Assembly: GCF_964355755.1 (NCBI RefSeq)
Contig: NC_092672.1
Coordinates: 30,634,437 to 30,698,436, forward strand
Direction: 5' to 3'
DNA from: Antedon mediterranea
Lineage: Eukaryota > Animalia > Echinodermata
DNA length: 64,000 nucleotides
This document shows, piece by piece, positions 34,901 to 47,390 of this stretch (within the stretch, counting starts at the first letter, position 1; every line of letters starts with the position of its first letter). A model generated the notes under the pieces. The model was not told the origin of the DNA and did no database searches. It saw nothing but the letters and a program-made list of their open reading frames with translations. The position numbers and the translations under genes are program-made.

Positions 34901-37900
34901 ACGTATTCCTCCATACAGTATATAGCTACCAATGCAAATTCCTCTGATGCGATGGTTTCTTTTTTTTGGAGACGTTTGGTTTTACAGAGTTTGTAAACAT
35001 ACTACTGCCCAGGTGTTATGACTTTTTAAGACTAACACCTTTTCCTATACCAAATAGATGGGATGTACGGTAGTATCACATCTCTGAATTCTATGTATAA
35101 AAAGCAAATTAATTTTACAGAGCTTCACACCAAGGAAAGACTTTACATGCATTCACAGTGCTCCTCCATCGAGAACATACGGTATTAAATCAATGAATGA
35201 AACAACCGTGACGTGACAGAATATTAATTTAAGAGGAAAGAACATATTATTACACATAGGTCAAAATCAACCATATTCATCAATAGAGAAGCAGTGCACA
35301 TCCCCTCACATATACTATTTCATCATTGATGGCTACGTGAGACAGTCATACACAATGTATCATTTGTTGAAAAAAGAACCTTGTACTTTTCCTGCAGCCC
35401 TCTTTTACTCCATTGACTCCATACACACTGCTAGACTACTCAGAAACCTTCATCTCACTGCCCACTGTATGTTATCAATGAGGGAGCACTGCTACATCGA
35501 ACCGCTTGGCCCGAAACAGCAACATTTCAAGACATTTATTATGTACCATGTATGTTTGTTACGTTATGTAAATTTGGTTTAGGAAAAGGTGTTGGTCTTA
35601 AAAATCATCACATCACAGTTGGAGTTGTATGTCAAATTCTGTAAACCAAACAGTTTCCAAAAAAAAGAAAACATTGCATCAGGAATTTGGCATTGGTAGC
35701 TACCGTATATATGGAGGGAAGTCAATGGAGACTTTAGACAGCCTACTTTTCTTTGAGAAAGTTGCAAAAATCTATTCCCTTGCTGCAAAATTTCATTTCG
35801 TGAGTCTTTATTACCAGGTATAGCAATGGATAGGAAATACTCTTCAACCCACAGACTAGGGATGGAAAGTATTGATGACAAATTTACTACCAGCACCAGA
35901 GAGAGTTGATTAGATGTACCTGTAAATAAGGTTGTAGTAAAATGAATTGCAGTTGCAGAAAATATGGTTTGAACTGCTGCTCCACTATTTTTTAAGAATG
36001 CCACGGCATCAGCACATGCTCAATAGATGGAGGATGAGATACTGACAAGATGAAAGTGAAATTACCGCATTTATTTGAATAAATGCCCTTGGTGGTTGAT
36101 TTTTAAGGAGGGTAGTTGGGTGCGTGTAATCGTCGTGAGGAGTTTAATCGGAGAGGCGTTTATTTTTGTGGATGTAATGTGGTAACATGTATAATCAAAT
36201 AAAAATACCCTTTAGATATGAACAAATACAACACCATCATGTCATTCAGTGAATTCTATTACAAATAGAAATGTGTTAAAATACAATATTGTGTATAATA
36301 TGCATGTGGCGGGTCGGGGCGTACATTCGAGGAAATAAATTCAAAATGATGTCCGATTGGGGCGGGGGAGGGGGTGCAGTGGCGTAGGTTATTAAAAAAT
36401 GATGTCCTATGGGGGGGGGGGGCGTTTATTCAATTTTTCTAAATTTAGCGTTTCAATTTGCTGGGCCATCAATGGGAGCGCACCCAGAAGTTCCGCCTAA
36501 TCCGGTAAAGGGTAGTTTTAGTCACTTTTAAAAATGAAAATCCTTGAAACAGCACTCAACGGGGTATTGTTTTATATTAGGAAATATCATCATATTGTCT
36601 ACATATACTCCCGAAAATAGCCAATTGTGGAGAGGGGATGGGGGGGCCGGACAGACTCCCCTCACCCTTCCCATATGATCTCCCATCCCTATATACCTAC
36701 CCCCTCCTCCCACTGGCACCACCAATGTTGTAATATATTGTTATAACAGTACAAATGTAAATGAACTGATTTATTATTAGAGACCGTAATCCTATGCATT
36801 AAGCATAGGAAGGACTGCGTTTTATATTATAACAATAGGGATATATCTAGATACCTAAACATTTGTTTTTCGGCCATTTTCTAATTAAAAGCACTTAAAA
36901 TAATGTGTATATTGTAGTTCAGATCTTCGAAACTGTAAAGAAATATATAAACCATTGTAAAAACTGTTATAAAGTGGTAATTAGATCTATCTTTTGTTGT
37001 TTTTTGGCCTTTTTTAGGCATTTTCGCCATTGGCGGCCATTTTGTTTAAAAAAACCTATTTCCCCTACCTGGATTTTTCTAGACTTTTAATATGTTCATA
37101 TAGGGACCTTATAGAAATGCATTGTGGTGAAATAAATTCTGTTGCAATTTTTTCAACCATATTTCATAATTTTCCTGTACTACAACCATAATTCAAATAA
37201 ACGGTATTACTTTCGGTAGGCCTATTTTGTTTTGGACACAGAAGTAGTAGGGCTATATTTATCTAGAATACGATTGGTACATCTGTGATCGTCACGATTT
37301 CATTTTTTTATTGTTCGAATGTTTTGTGTTAAAGGCACACAGAATCCTAGGTATAAAGTAATAGAAAAGGCACTAAAAGACGGACTAATTAGAATGTTAA
37401 ATGTGTCTAAGATTACAACGGAATACAACGGATCTGGTCTTTAAAATTGAGAAGAATTGAACATTTTAATTATCAGAAAAAGTACATAATAATTATTATA
37501 ATTATGATTTCTGCCTTGCCTCACAGAAGAAAAAATGTCAAAATTAGTATTACGCAATGAAAGATTAAGACATCGCAAAAAATGAAAGTGTGAAATTAAA
37601 AAAAAACAAATTGCACAATTAAATGAACGTGGCAACCAAATTAAAAGCAGTACCGGTACGGTAGTGCGATAGTTCATTGCTTGGCCGTACTCTAAGTAAG
37701 TCTAGGCCAACATGTAGAGTTTGAGAAGAAGTTTTAACGTTTTCTATTTGTCATAAGTTAGCTTTGTAGGAATTATGATTTGATTAGTTTTGTATAGAAT
37801 TAAGTCACAGTGGATGTCTATCATTGCTGATTGTCGGTACCAACCTGGAGCGTCACATTTGTTCCTGAAAAAGATAATATACTTTTATTCATAAATTTAA

Positions 37901-38268
37901 TAACTATTATTGGGTCTAAAATGTATCTGTATTATATCTATTTTTTTCACTCAGATAGGGCAGAAAAAACATGTATTTTATTTATTTAAAAAGAATATAA
38001 GATTTACTAAAAACAAATTATTTTTTTTTAATATCGTCATTGTTAACGTTGTCATTATCATGAAAATGAGAACCAAGTAAAATTTAATAAAGAAAACGAA
38101 TAATGAAAATATGAATAAAACTAATAAATTACAAATTGGTTACCAGTATAAACTAGTATCTCTTTATTTTTTACTTACAATACTTTCGTCAGCAGCAGTA
38201 AATCATACATTGTTATTTTGCCATGACATGTACATTTTCTATTAAATGTAGTAATACTAAGATAATTT
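31998..38268. repeat. Segmental duplication unit, copy 1 (about 6.3 kb; copy 2 at 40078-46303)
   Basis: Near-identical sequence at an offset of about 8.04-8.1 kb; the ORF track shows matched pairs (35337/43366, 35579/43608, 36905/44940). Confidence 0.95.
34106..37182. mobile_element. Academ (XPG-type)-derived non-autonomous DNA transposon
   Basis: Termini TAGTACAGGAAA...TTTCCTGTACTA, 3-bp TSD CAA, long imperfect TIRs (about 450 bp); decayed TSHLFGIGKG, IPPTTNAAKSH.LRVYY.VQQW..LQPTDWG (minus, about 34720-35070) and a plus-strand version with IRCTCK.GCSKMNCSCRKYGLNC (about 35575-35980), fitting the Academ XPG and Cys8 regions. Confidence 0.8.
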
Positions 38269-38415
38269 ATTAAGCCAAATAAAATTACTCCTTACATTTT
38301 CCAGCTCTTCAATATTCCTAATCAAGGTGTTGATATTTTCCTCATACAGTATTGTTTTTGAAAAATCAATACATAATCTACCCGCAATCAATTGCTGGAT
38401 GATTGAATTATTTTT
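37853..38415 (-). pseudogene. 5'-truncated paralog of the DED-TIR gene (end of TIR exon plus terminal exon)
   Basis: 38415-38296 reads KNNSIIQQLIAGRLCIDFSKTILYEENINTLIRNIEELEN|GTAAG; terminal exon 37864-37853 EQM*; intron homologous to 22201-22646. Confidence 0.85.
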
Positions 38416-38419
38416 ATTT

Positions 38420-38652
38420 TATTCTTGCATCCACAATAAATCATCTCTAACGAAGCAGTAGGAATAGCTTCATTTTGGTAAAAAACAAAAACAGGCATTA
38501 CCTCCAACAAGCGACGCAGTGCACCAGCATATAAAAAAGCACACTTCCAAGCACTCGTATTAAAAAAAGCTGTATCGGCAATCCAGCATTTGCCATCACC
38601 AACAGATTTTGGTTGGGAGCTATCTAAAGGTAAACTTCAACCAGTGCTTCTG
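38420..38652 (+). mobile_element. Academ-like XPG-region coding fragment (second family)
   Basis: Reads QALPPTSDAVHQHIK.AHFQALV..KAVSAIQHLPSPTDFGWELSKGKLQPVL with a frameshift; LPPT..H...A.YQ...P...GW motif. Confidence 0.65.
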
Positions 38653-38654
38653 AG

Positions 38655-40080
38655 TCAAAGGTCAAAATGTCAGAAATAAAACTTGCATCCATTTTTTGAG
38701 AAAATGTGTCATTAAAGTGAATATAAAAACATATATTTAAAACATCTGGAGACCAAAATTAATTATCTGTGACTAGTCGTTCTCTAGATATAGGGTAATT
38801 ATAAAAATGGCCGCCATTTTTAATTGAATTGAATTGTTTGAATGTCCTTCACTTTATTCCAAATCACAATTGTTTTTACTTAACAATTTTAAAACAAATG
38901 CAATAATATGAAAAGGAATAGGGCAACCACGAACAAGCAAAAGCTTTACAACTGTGGCACCCTTTAAAAATATAAAACAAATTATTTTAATAGTATGCAT
39001 GAAAGAATCGAAATTTACTAAAAACATAAAATATGAAACTATACTAACTTATATATATATATATATAATTAATAGCATTGTAAATAGTAACAATAATAAT
39101 ACATAATGATGATTACTTTTTTTCTCTGCAAATAAGACAGTATTCTTCTTGACACAAATATTTTATAAAATGATAACGTTCAATATAAGTACAAACTAAC
39201 TTCTTCTTAAATAATGATATATTTCTACATTATTTTAGATCATCCGATAGATTGTTCCACACCTTAGACCCAGTATACGAGAAGCCTTGACGGCCAATAT
39301 TTGTATGCTTCAGATCAATTACAAGATTATTTTTATTGCGCGTGTTATAATCATGATACGAGTCGAAGGTGTGGAAAAATCCATGGAATGACTCTGGTAA
39401 TTTTCCATTTTTGTAGAGGAACATTAAATTTGCTACATTTTTTTTCATATAGATCGAATATGTTTAAGGTATTAGTTTTAATGAATAATGGAGAAGATGG
39501 ATGTAGGTAGTGGACTTTACATATTATTCGGAGGGCCTTTTTTTTGCAAAGGTGAATTCTATTTAAATTATTTATGCTACCAGTACCCCACACAGTAATG
39601 CCATATGTAATGATGGGAAAGATAAGGGATTTATAAATAATGAGCAATATTTCATATGGTAGTATGGTTTTTAAGAGATTCATAGCTCCAATGGCAGAAA
39701 TTTTACTAGTGATTACATTAATATGCTGTAAGAATTTTATTTTGTTTGTTGTTTGATAAACTCTTTCAATAACGTCTTGATCAATAAAATGTTTACATGA
39801 GATGTATCAATAGTAGGCCTACTATTTCTACCACTAAAAACCATAAATTTGGTCTTTTTAGTATTTATTGTAAGTTTGTTTGCCTTAATCCACAAATTTA
39901 ATTTTCTTAATTCATTATTCATAATATCAATAGCTTTGTTTACATTGTTGTGTTGTAAGAAAACACTTGTGTCATCGGCAAACATTATTAGTTGTGTACT
40001 GGTACACACTGATGGCATATCATTTACAAACATTAGGAATAATAACGGACCCAAGATTGATCCTTGAGGGACACCGTATT
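38655..40080 (-). mobile_element. Duplicate of 28097-29563 (DNA-transposon fragment plus LINE RT/3' end)
   Basis: Same junction between the AAAATGGCCGCC element and the LINE tail; ORFs 39230-40156 match 28635-29568. Confidence 0.9.
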
Positions 40081-43000
40081 TCGCTGGGGATCCGCCATAT
40101 TCGTAATCAGCGAGGTCGAAATATCCTAAATCAAGTGGATCCCAGCTTCTACCCAAAAATGCTTCTTACACCATATTTCAGAGGAAATAGAACTTGTCTA
40201 TTTGTTCAGGATACAGACTTAAACCATAAAGTATCGTGTTTTGTGTTATAAAATGGCGTGTCTACTCAGAATCCTCATGAATTGAAAATAGAATGATGTA
40301 TTGTCATGACCAACTTCCGTTTAATTCAATTGGAAATTCCAATATGACAGATATAGGCAACTGCTTCGAACAAAAGACTGCTACTATATTATTATAATTA
40401 TTATTTGTACAGAAAAGTATAGGAATATTGCTCAACTGGAACGACCTTATATCGCAGGCGTCGTAAACTAAAAACCAACATATTTACTAATCAAACTATA
40501 ATCTTAGCACATTATACATCATCATGCCTTATGTTATTAATTAACATTTTTAATATAAAAATGTTGAGGCTTTAATCGTTCCTTCTGTACGTTTAACGAT
40601 GCTTCAATACTTGTTTTTCTTCGACATGCTATAGCTATGCAATATTTTACATAAAACTAATTACTTAAAGCAAGGGTCGAGGGATGCATTAGCTATAACA
40701 GGTTATAGCGTTGGTTGATAACGTATGATTAATTTTTAACAATGAACTACCGTATTATTACAGGTGGTGTATACTGAATATATGTAACTTTCAATAGACT
40801 TGTTTAACAATGTATGCATTGAATGTGCACGTTGAAAATAAGGTATCGATAGCGAATTTATCATATCAGACTGTTCTTTTAATATTTGTATTAATGACTT
40901 TTATAATTGTTAAAATATTATTGTAAGAATGATGTCGACTCAAACACTTGTAATCATGTAATCATATAATACTATTTAGTATGGGTTCCAGACGAAGTTT
41001 TGACCTAATATTAGTAAAAAGATATATATTTTGCCGTATACTACCTGAGCTTGTAAACATCGAAATTATAAATAACTACAGACTTGGAGAAAATCTAATT
41101 ATGAGAAAGATATCATTTTCATAGGAGTATATGCCCTAGCTATTTGCGTTTCCTCTAAGTGTTCCTGTGTGGTGATAGTCATGGGTGTAATTTTCCTGAG
41201 AATTTATTTATTCGTTTTTTTCTTAGAAAATGGAAAGACTTTGAATAGGTTCATTTGCTTTGCTGCTTTTTTTGCCTTAGTCATACATGAATACTAAGCA
41301 CATTTTTTCATCTCGTTGTATACGGTACAGAGAGGCCCTGTGATTATAGTTATATTATATAAATTGAATGCATGTTGTATGGAACCTAAATAATACTACT
41401 TAATATTAAAATTATATAGAATAGAAAATAAAAGTGTATCTAAAAAAATAAATATACACTTGTTGTATGTGCAACATAATAACCCTAAAGTCGGCAAAAT
41501 TGATTACCCAGAATGAAACAAGAAAAATAGCGTAGCAAACGAAGTACCGTACAAAATAAAAGCGACACTTATAGCCGGCAGTGTTTTGTTAAGTAGCCTT
41601 ACCGTATCTGGTTATACATTTAAAACAATATTTCCGTGACAGATTAGTAAGATTTAGGTAGGCAATTTTATTTACAGGACCTGTGTAATTAATATAGGAT
41701 ATTTTTTAAACATCCATTATGTAGCCTAAGTTTATGATTATCTATCCTAAGAGAGTCTAAATTACTGTTATGTACAATATACCAGAGAGTTTGTAAGTAA
41801 GTTGTATTATAGTCTTATTCTTGGCCTTACCACTATTGTAGATGTAGACCTGGACATTTTTATATATCGACGCCAAGGCTAAATTGCGATTCGCTTTACT
41901 GACAAAAAGTATCCTGTATTCTACTGTCATAAACCAGAAAATAATAAGTAATTTACTATTATTAAATCTACCTAATTTTGCTCTTTTAAATTACAGATAT
42001 GGGTTAATATAGATGAATGTGCAATTTATTATTTTCATTCTGGAAAGTCAAAAGAAATTATGCAACCTACTATAAATATAGCTAAATTTACTGAGAAACA
42101 GGATGCGGTAGTTTATGGCGTGGGTTGATTGTCCGATACGTATGAGAAGATTATAACAATAAAGTATGTTAATATAGACTAGATGTTATTATTACTAAGC
42201 AACACAATAGTACAGGAAAGATATGCTCAGAATCAGTAAAAGGTTGAAAAAATTGCAACAGAATTTTTGTTTCACCACAATGCATTTCTATAAGGTCCCT
42301 ATATGAACATACTAAAAGTCTAGAAAAATCCAGGTAGGGGAAATTTGTTTTTAAAAAATGAACAAAAAAACATATATTGTATATCTAATTACCACTTGAT
42401 AGCAGTTTTTTTAATGCTTTTTATATTTCTTTAGTGTCAAACATTTAAACTGCAATTTACATATTAATTTAAGTGATATTAAGCAGCAAAAACACTATCA
42501 AGATATATCACCACGGTTATAATATAGACAACGTAGTCCTATGCATTATAATGCAGGATTACGGTGTCTAATAAAACAGTTCATTTACATTTGTACTGTC
42601 ACAACAATAGAATTATACAATCTTACAATCTATTAATCCATTTATTGTCATTGTCCAGTTATCATCCTCTGTCTATAGGTAGGAATTAAGCCTGTGCTGA
42701 TGCCGTGGTATTCGTCACAAACAGTGGTACTGGTGGTAAATTTGTCGTCAATGGACACATCACGCCATTTGTAACTTTCCATCCCCCAGTCTGTGGGTTG
42801 AAGAGTATTTTCTATCCACTGCTGTACCATGGTAATATACACGCAAGAAATGAGATTTTGCAGCATTTGTTGTTGGGGGAATAGACTTTATTTCAAGTGC
42901 TGTTTTGCTTTTTGCTACTTTCTCCCAGAACGTATTCCTCCATACAGTATATAGCTACCAATGCAAATTCCTCTGATGCGATGGTTTCTTTTTTTTGGAG

Positions 43001-46000
43001 ACGTTTGGTTTTACAGAGTTTGTAAACATACTACTGCCCAGGTGTTATGACTTTTTAAGACTAACACCTTTTCCTATACCAAATAGATGGGATGTACGGT
43101 AGTATCACATCTCTGAATTCTATGTATAAAAAGCAAATTAATTTTACAGAGCTTCACACCAAGGAAAGACTTTACATGCATTCACAGTGCTTCTCCATCG
43201 AGAACATACGGTATTAAATCAATGAATGAAACAACCGTGACGTGACAGAATATTAATTTAAGAGGAAAGAACATATTATTACACATAGGTCAAAATCAAC
43301 CATATTCATCAATAGAGAAGCAGTGCACATCCCCTCACATATACTATTTCATCATTGATGGCTATGTGAGACAGTCATACACAATGTATCATTTGTTGAA
43401 AAAAGAACCTTGTACTTTTCCTGCAGCCCTCTTTTACTCCATTGACTCCATACACACTGCTAGACTACTCAGAAACCTTCATCTCACTGCCCACTGTATG
43501 TTATCAATGAGGGAGCACTGCTACATCGAACCGCTTGGCCCGAAACAGCAACATTTCAAGACATTTATTATGTACCATGTATGTTTGTTACGTTATGTAA
43601 ATTTGGTTTAGGAAAAGGTGTTGGTCTTAAAAATCATCACATCACAGTTGGAGATGTATGTCAAATTCTGTAAACCAAACAGTTTCCAAAAAAAAGAAAA
43701 CATTGCATCAGGAATTTGGCATTGGTAGCTACCGTATATATGAAGGGAAGTCAATGGAGACTTTAGACAGCCTACTTTTCTTTGAGAAAGTTGCAAAAAT
43801 CTATTCCCTTGCTGCAAAATTTCATTTCGTGAGTCTTTATTACCAGGTATAGCAATGGATAGGAAATACTCTTCAACCAACAGACTAGGGATGGAAAGTA
43901 TTGATGACAAATTTACTACCAGCACCAGAGAGAGTTGATTAGATGTACCTGTAAATAAGGTTGTAGTAAAATGAATTGCAGTTGCAGAAAATATGGTTTG
44001 AACTGCTGCTCCACTATTTTTTAAGAATGCCACGGCATCAGCACATGCTCAATTCCCCACCAATAGATGGAGGATGAGATACTGACAAGATGAAAGTGAA
44101 ATTACCACATTTATTTGAATAAATGCCCTTGGTGGTTGATTTTTAAGGAGGGTAGTTGGGTGCGTGTAATCGTCGTGAGGAGTTTAATCGGAGAGGCGTT
44201 TATTTTTGTGGATGTAATGTGGTAACATGTATAATCAAATAAAAATACCCTTTAGATATGAACAAATACAACACCATCATGTCATTCAGTGAATTCTATT
44301 ACAAATAGAAATGTGTTAAAATACAATATTGTGTATAATATGCATGTGGCGGGTCGGGGCGTACATTCGAGGAAATAAATTCAAAATGATGTCCGATTGG
44401 GGCGGGGGAGGGGGTGCAGTGGCGTAGGTTATTAAAAAATGATGTCCTATGGGGGGGGGGCGTTTATTCAATTTTTCTAAATTTAGCGTTTCAATTTGCT
44501 GGGCCATCAATGGGAGCGCACCCAGAAGTTCCGCCTAATCCGGTAAAGGGTAGTTTTAGTCACTTTTAAAAATGAAAATCCTTGAAACAGCACTCAACGG
44601 GGTATTGTTTTATATTAGGAAATATCATCATATTGTCTACATATACTCCCGAAAATAGCCAATTGTGGAGAGGGGATGGGGGGCCGGACAGACTCCCCTC
44701 ACCCTTCCCATATGATCTCCCATCCCTATACCCACCCCCTCCCCCCACTGGCACCACCAATGTTGTAATATATTGTTATAACAGTACAAATGTAAATGAA
44801 CTGATTTATTATTAGAGACCGTAATCCTATGCATTAAGCATAGGAAGGACTGCGTTTTATATTATAACAATAGGGATATATCTAGATACCTAAACATTTG
44901 TTTTTCGGCCATTTTCTAATTAAAAGCACTTAAAATAATGTGTATATTGTAGTTCAGATCTTCGAAACTGTAAATAAATATATAAACCATTGTAAAAACT
45001 GTTATAAAGTGGTAATTAGATCTATCTTTTGTTGTTTTTTGGCCTTTTTTAGGCATTTTCGCCATTGGCGGCCATTTTGTTTAAAAAAACCTATTTCCCA
45101 TACCTGGATTTTTCTAGACTTTTAATATGTTCATATAGGGACCTTATAGAAATGCATTGTGGTGAAATAAATTTTGTTGCAATTTTTTCAACCATATTTC
45201 ATAGTTTTCCTGTACTACAACCATAATTCAAATAAACGGTATTACTTTCGGTAGGCCTATTTTGTTTTGGACACAGAAGTAGTAGGGCTATATTTATCTA
45301 GAATACGATTGGTACATCTGTGATCGTCACGATTTCATTTTTTATTGTTCGAATGTTTTGTGTTAAAGGTACACAGAATCCTAGGTATAAAGTAATAGAA
45401 AAGGCACTAAAAGACGGACTAATTAGAATGTTAAATGTGTCTAAGATTACAACGGAATACAACTGATCTGGTCTTTAAAATTGAGAAGAATTGAACATTT
45501 TAATTATCAGAAAAAGTACATAATAATTATTATAATTATGATTTCTGCCTTGCCTCACAGAAGAAAAAATGTCAAAATTAGTATTACGCAATGAAAGATT
45601 AAGACATCGCAAAAAATGAAAGTGTGAAATTAAAAAAAAAACAAATTGCACAATTAAATGAACGTGGCAACCAAATTAAAAGCAGTACCGGTACGGTAGT
45701 GCGATAGTTCATTGCTTGGCCGTACTCTAAGTAAGTCTAGGCCAACATGTAGAGTTTGAGAAGAAGTTTTAACGTTTTCTATTTGTCATAAGTTAGCTTT
45801 GTAGGCATTATGATTTGATTAGTTTTGTATAGAATTAAGTCACAGTGGATGTCTATCATTGCTGATTGTCGGTACCAACCTGGAGCGTCACATTTGTTCC
45901 TGAAAAAGATAATATACTTTTATTCATAAATTTAATAACTATTATTGGGTCTAAAATGTATCTGTATTATATCTATTTTTTTCACTCAGATAGGGCAGAA

Positions 46001-46303
46001 AAAACATGTATTTTATTTATTTAAAAAGAATATAAGATTTACTAAAAACAAATTATTTTTTTTTAATATCGTCATTGTTAACGTTGTCATTATCATGAAA
46101 ATGAGAACCAAGTAAAATTTAATAAAGAAAACGAATAATGAAAATATGAATAAAACTAATAAATTACAAATTGGTTACCAGTATAAACTAGTATCTCTTT
46201 ATTTTTTACTTACAATACTTTCGTCAGCAGCAGTAAATCATACATTGTTATTTTGCCATGACATGTACATTTTCTATTAAATGTAGTAATACTAAGATAA
46301 TTT
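40078..46303. repeat. Segmental duplication unit, copy 2
   Basis: Collinear with 31998-38268; includes the promoter-like block, the Academ element and terminal exon EQM* at about 45889-45900. Confidence 0.95.
42208..45217. mobile_element. Academ-derived element, copied with the segmental duplication
   Basis: Same TAGTACAGGAAA termini, CAA TSD and flanks as 34106-37182; small deletion in the left TIR. Confidence 0.8.
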
Positions 46304-46309
46304 AATATC

Positions 46310-47390
46310 AGTGGGAGTTTCAAATGTTTCAGAACGATATGTCAATTTTGCTGGGATTTTCGATTTTTTTTTTCTTCCCAGAATAGCATTTATAGCACTC
46401 CATGTTTTTTTCATGAAATTTTTTCGTTTTTTGAAGTCCTCTTTATAATAACTTATTTTTCTTTGTCTAATGATTGTTGTTAGTTTGTTTTTGTATTTTT
46501 TATATTTTGATTTATTAACACTAGAAGGATTCTTCTTAAATTATATTTTATATATAATTTCTTGTTAGTATTTAGAGACCGTTCTAAATCCAGGGTGACC
46601 TTATTCTATCGGTTTTTAACCTAACCTTTTTTAACGGGAAATATCTATCAATTAGTGTTGTAATTGTATTTGAGAATCGATTATATGATACATTTGCATC
46701 AGAGCAATTTAAGACATTATCACACTGTTGATTTTGTAACTCATTTCGAAATAATTGATTTTGTTCAGTCGAAAAGTTACGCTTAAAAACATATGTGCTT
46801 GTTTTACTTTCCGTATATTTTTGTGATTTATCAATGCTTATTACTGGACAATGATCAGATATATCACTAAACAAAATATTATTTTCAATGTCATGAGTGT
46901 TTGTAGAGTTTGTATAAATGTTGTCTATTATTGTTGACGTTTCCTCAGTAATGCGCGTCGGTTTATTTACTATGGGTATAAATGATTCTGAGATCATAGA
47001 GTCGACATGCAAATTATTATTATATTATGCAAATTAAGGGCTTAGATGGCCGAATTTCGCTTGGGATCCGCCATATTCGTAATCAGCGAGGTCGAAATAT
47101 CCTAAATCAAGTGGATCCCAGCTTCTACCCAAAAATGCTTCTTACACCATATTTCAGAGGAAATAGAACTTGTCTATTTGTTCAGGATACAAATTTAAAC
47201 CATAAAGTATCGTGTTTTGTGTTGTAAAATGGCGTGTCTACTCAGAATCCTCATGAATTGAAAATAGAATGATGTATTGTCATGACCAACTTCCGTTTAA
47301 TTCAATTGGAAATTCCAATATGACAGATATAGGCAACTGCTTCGAACAAAAGACTGCTACTATATTATTATTATTATTTGTACAGAAAAG
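46310..47390 (-). mobile_element. Duplicate of 31250-32335 (LINE endonuclease/linker fragment plus start of the duplication unit)
   Basis: ORF 46584-47012 (PTRITEETSTIIDNIYTN..ISDHCPV..SPW) and a third copy of the MQIKGLDG.. segment and kappaB-like block. Confidence 0.88.

Noticed and set aside
35579-36004. 141-aa ORF (and twin 43608-44033) as a host gene
   Set aside because: It is antisense to the decayed Academ XPG/Cys8 frame; its conservation reflects the recent duplication.
39737-40156. Novel N-terminus fused to an RT domain
   Set aside because: Chance read-through across the duplication junction at about 40078; the RT is truncated and frameshifted.
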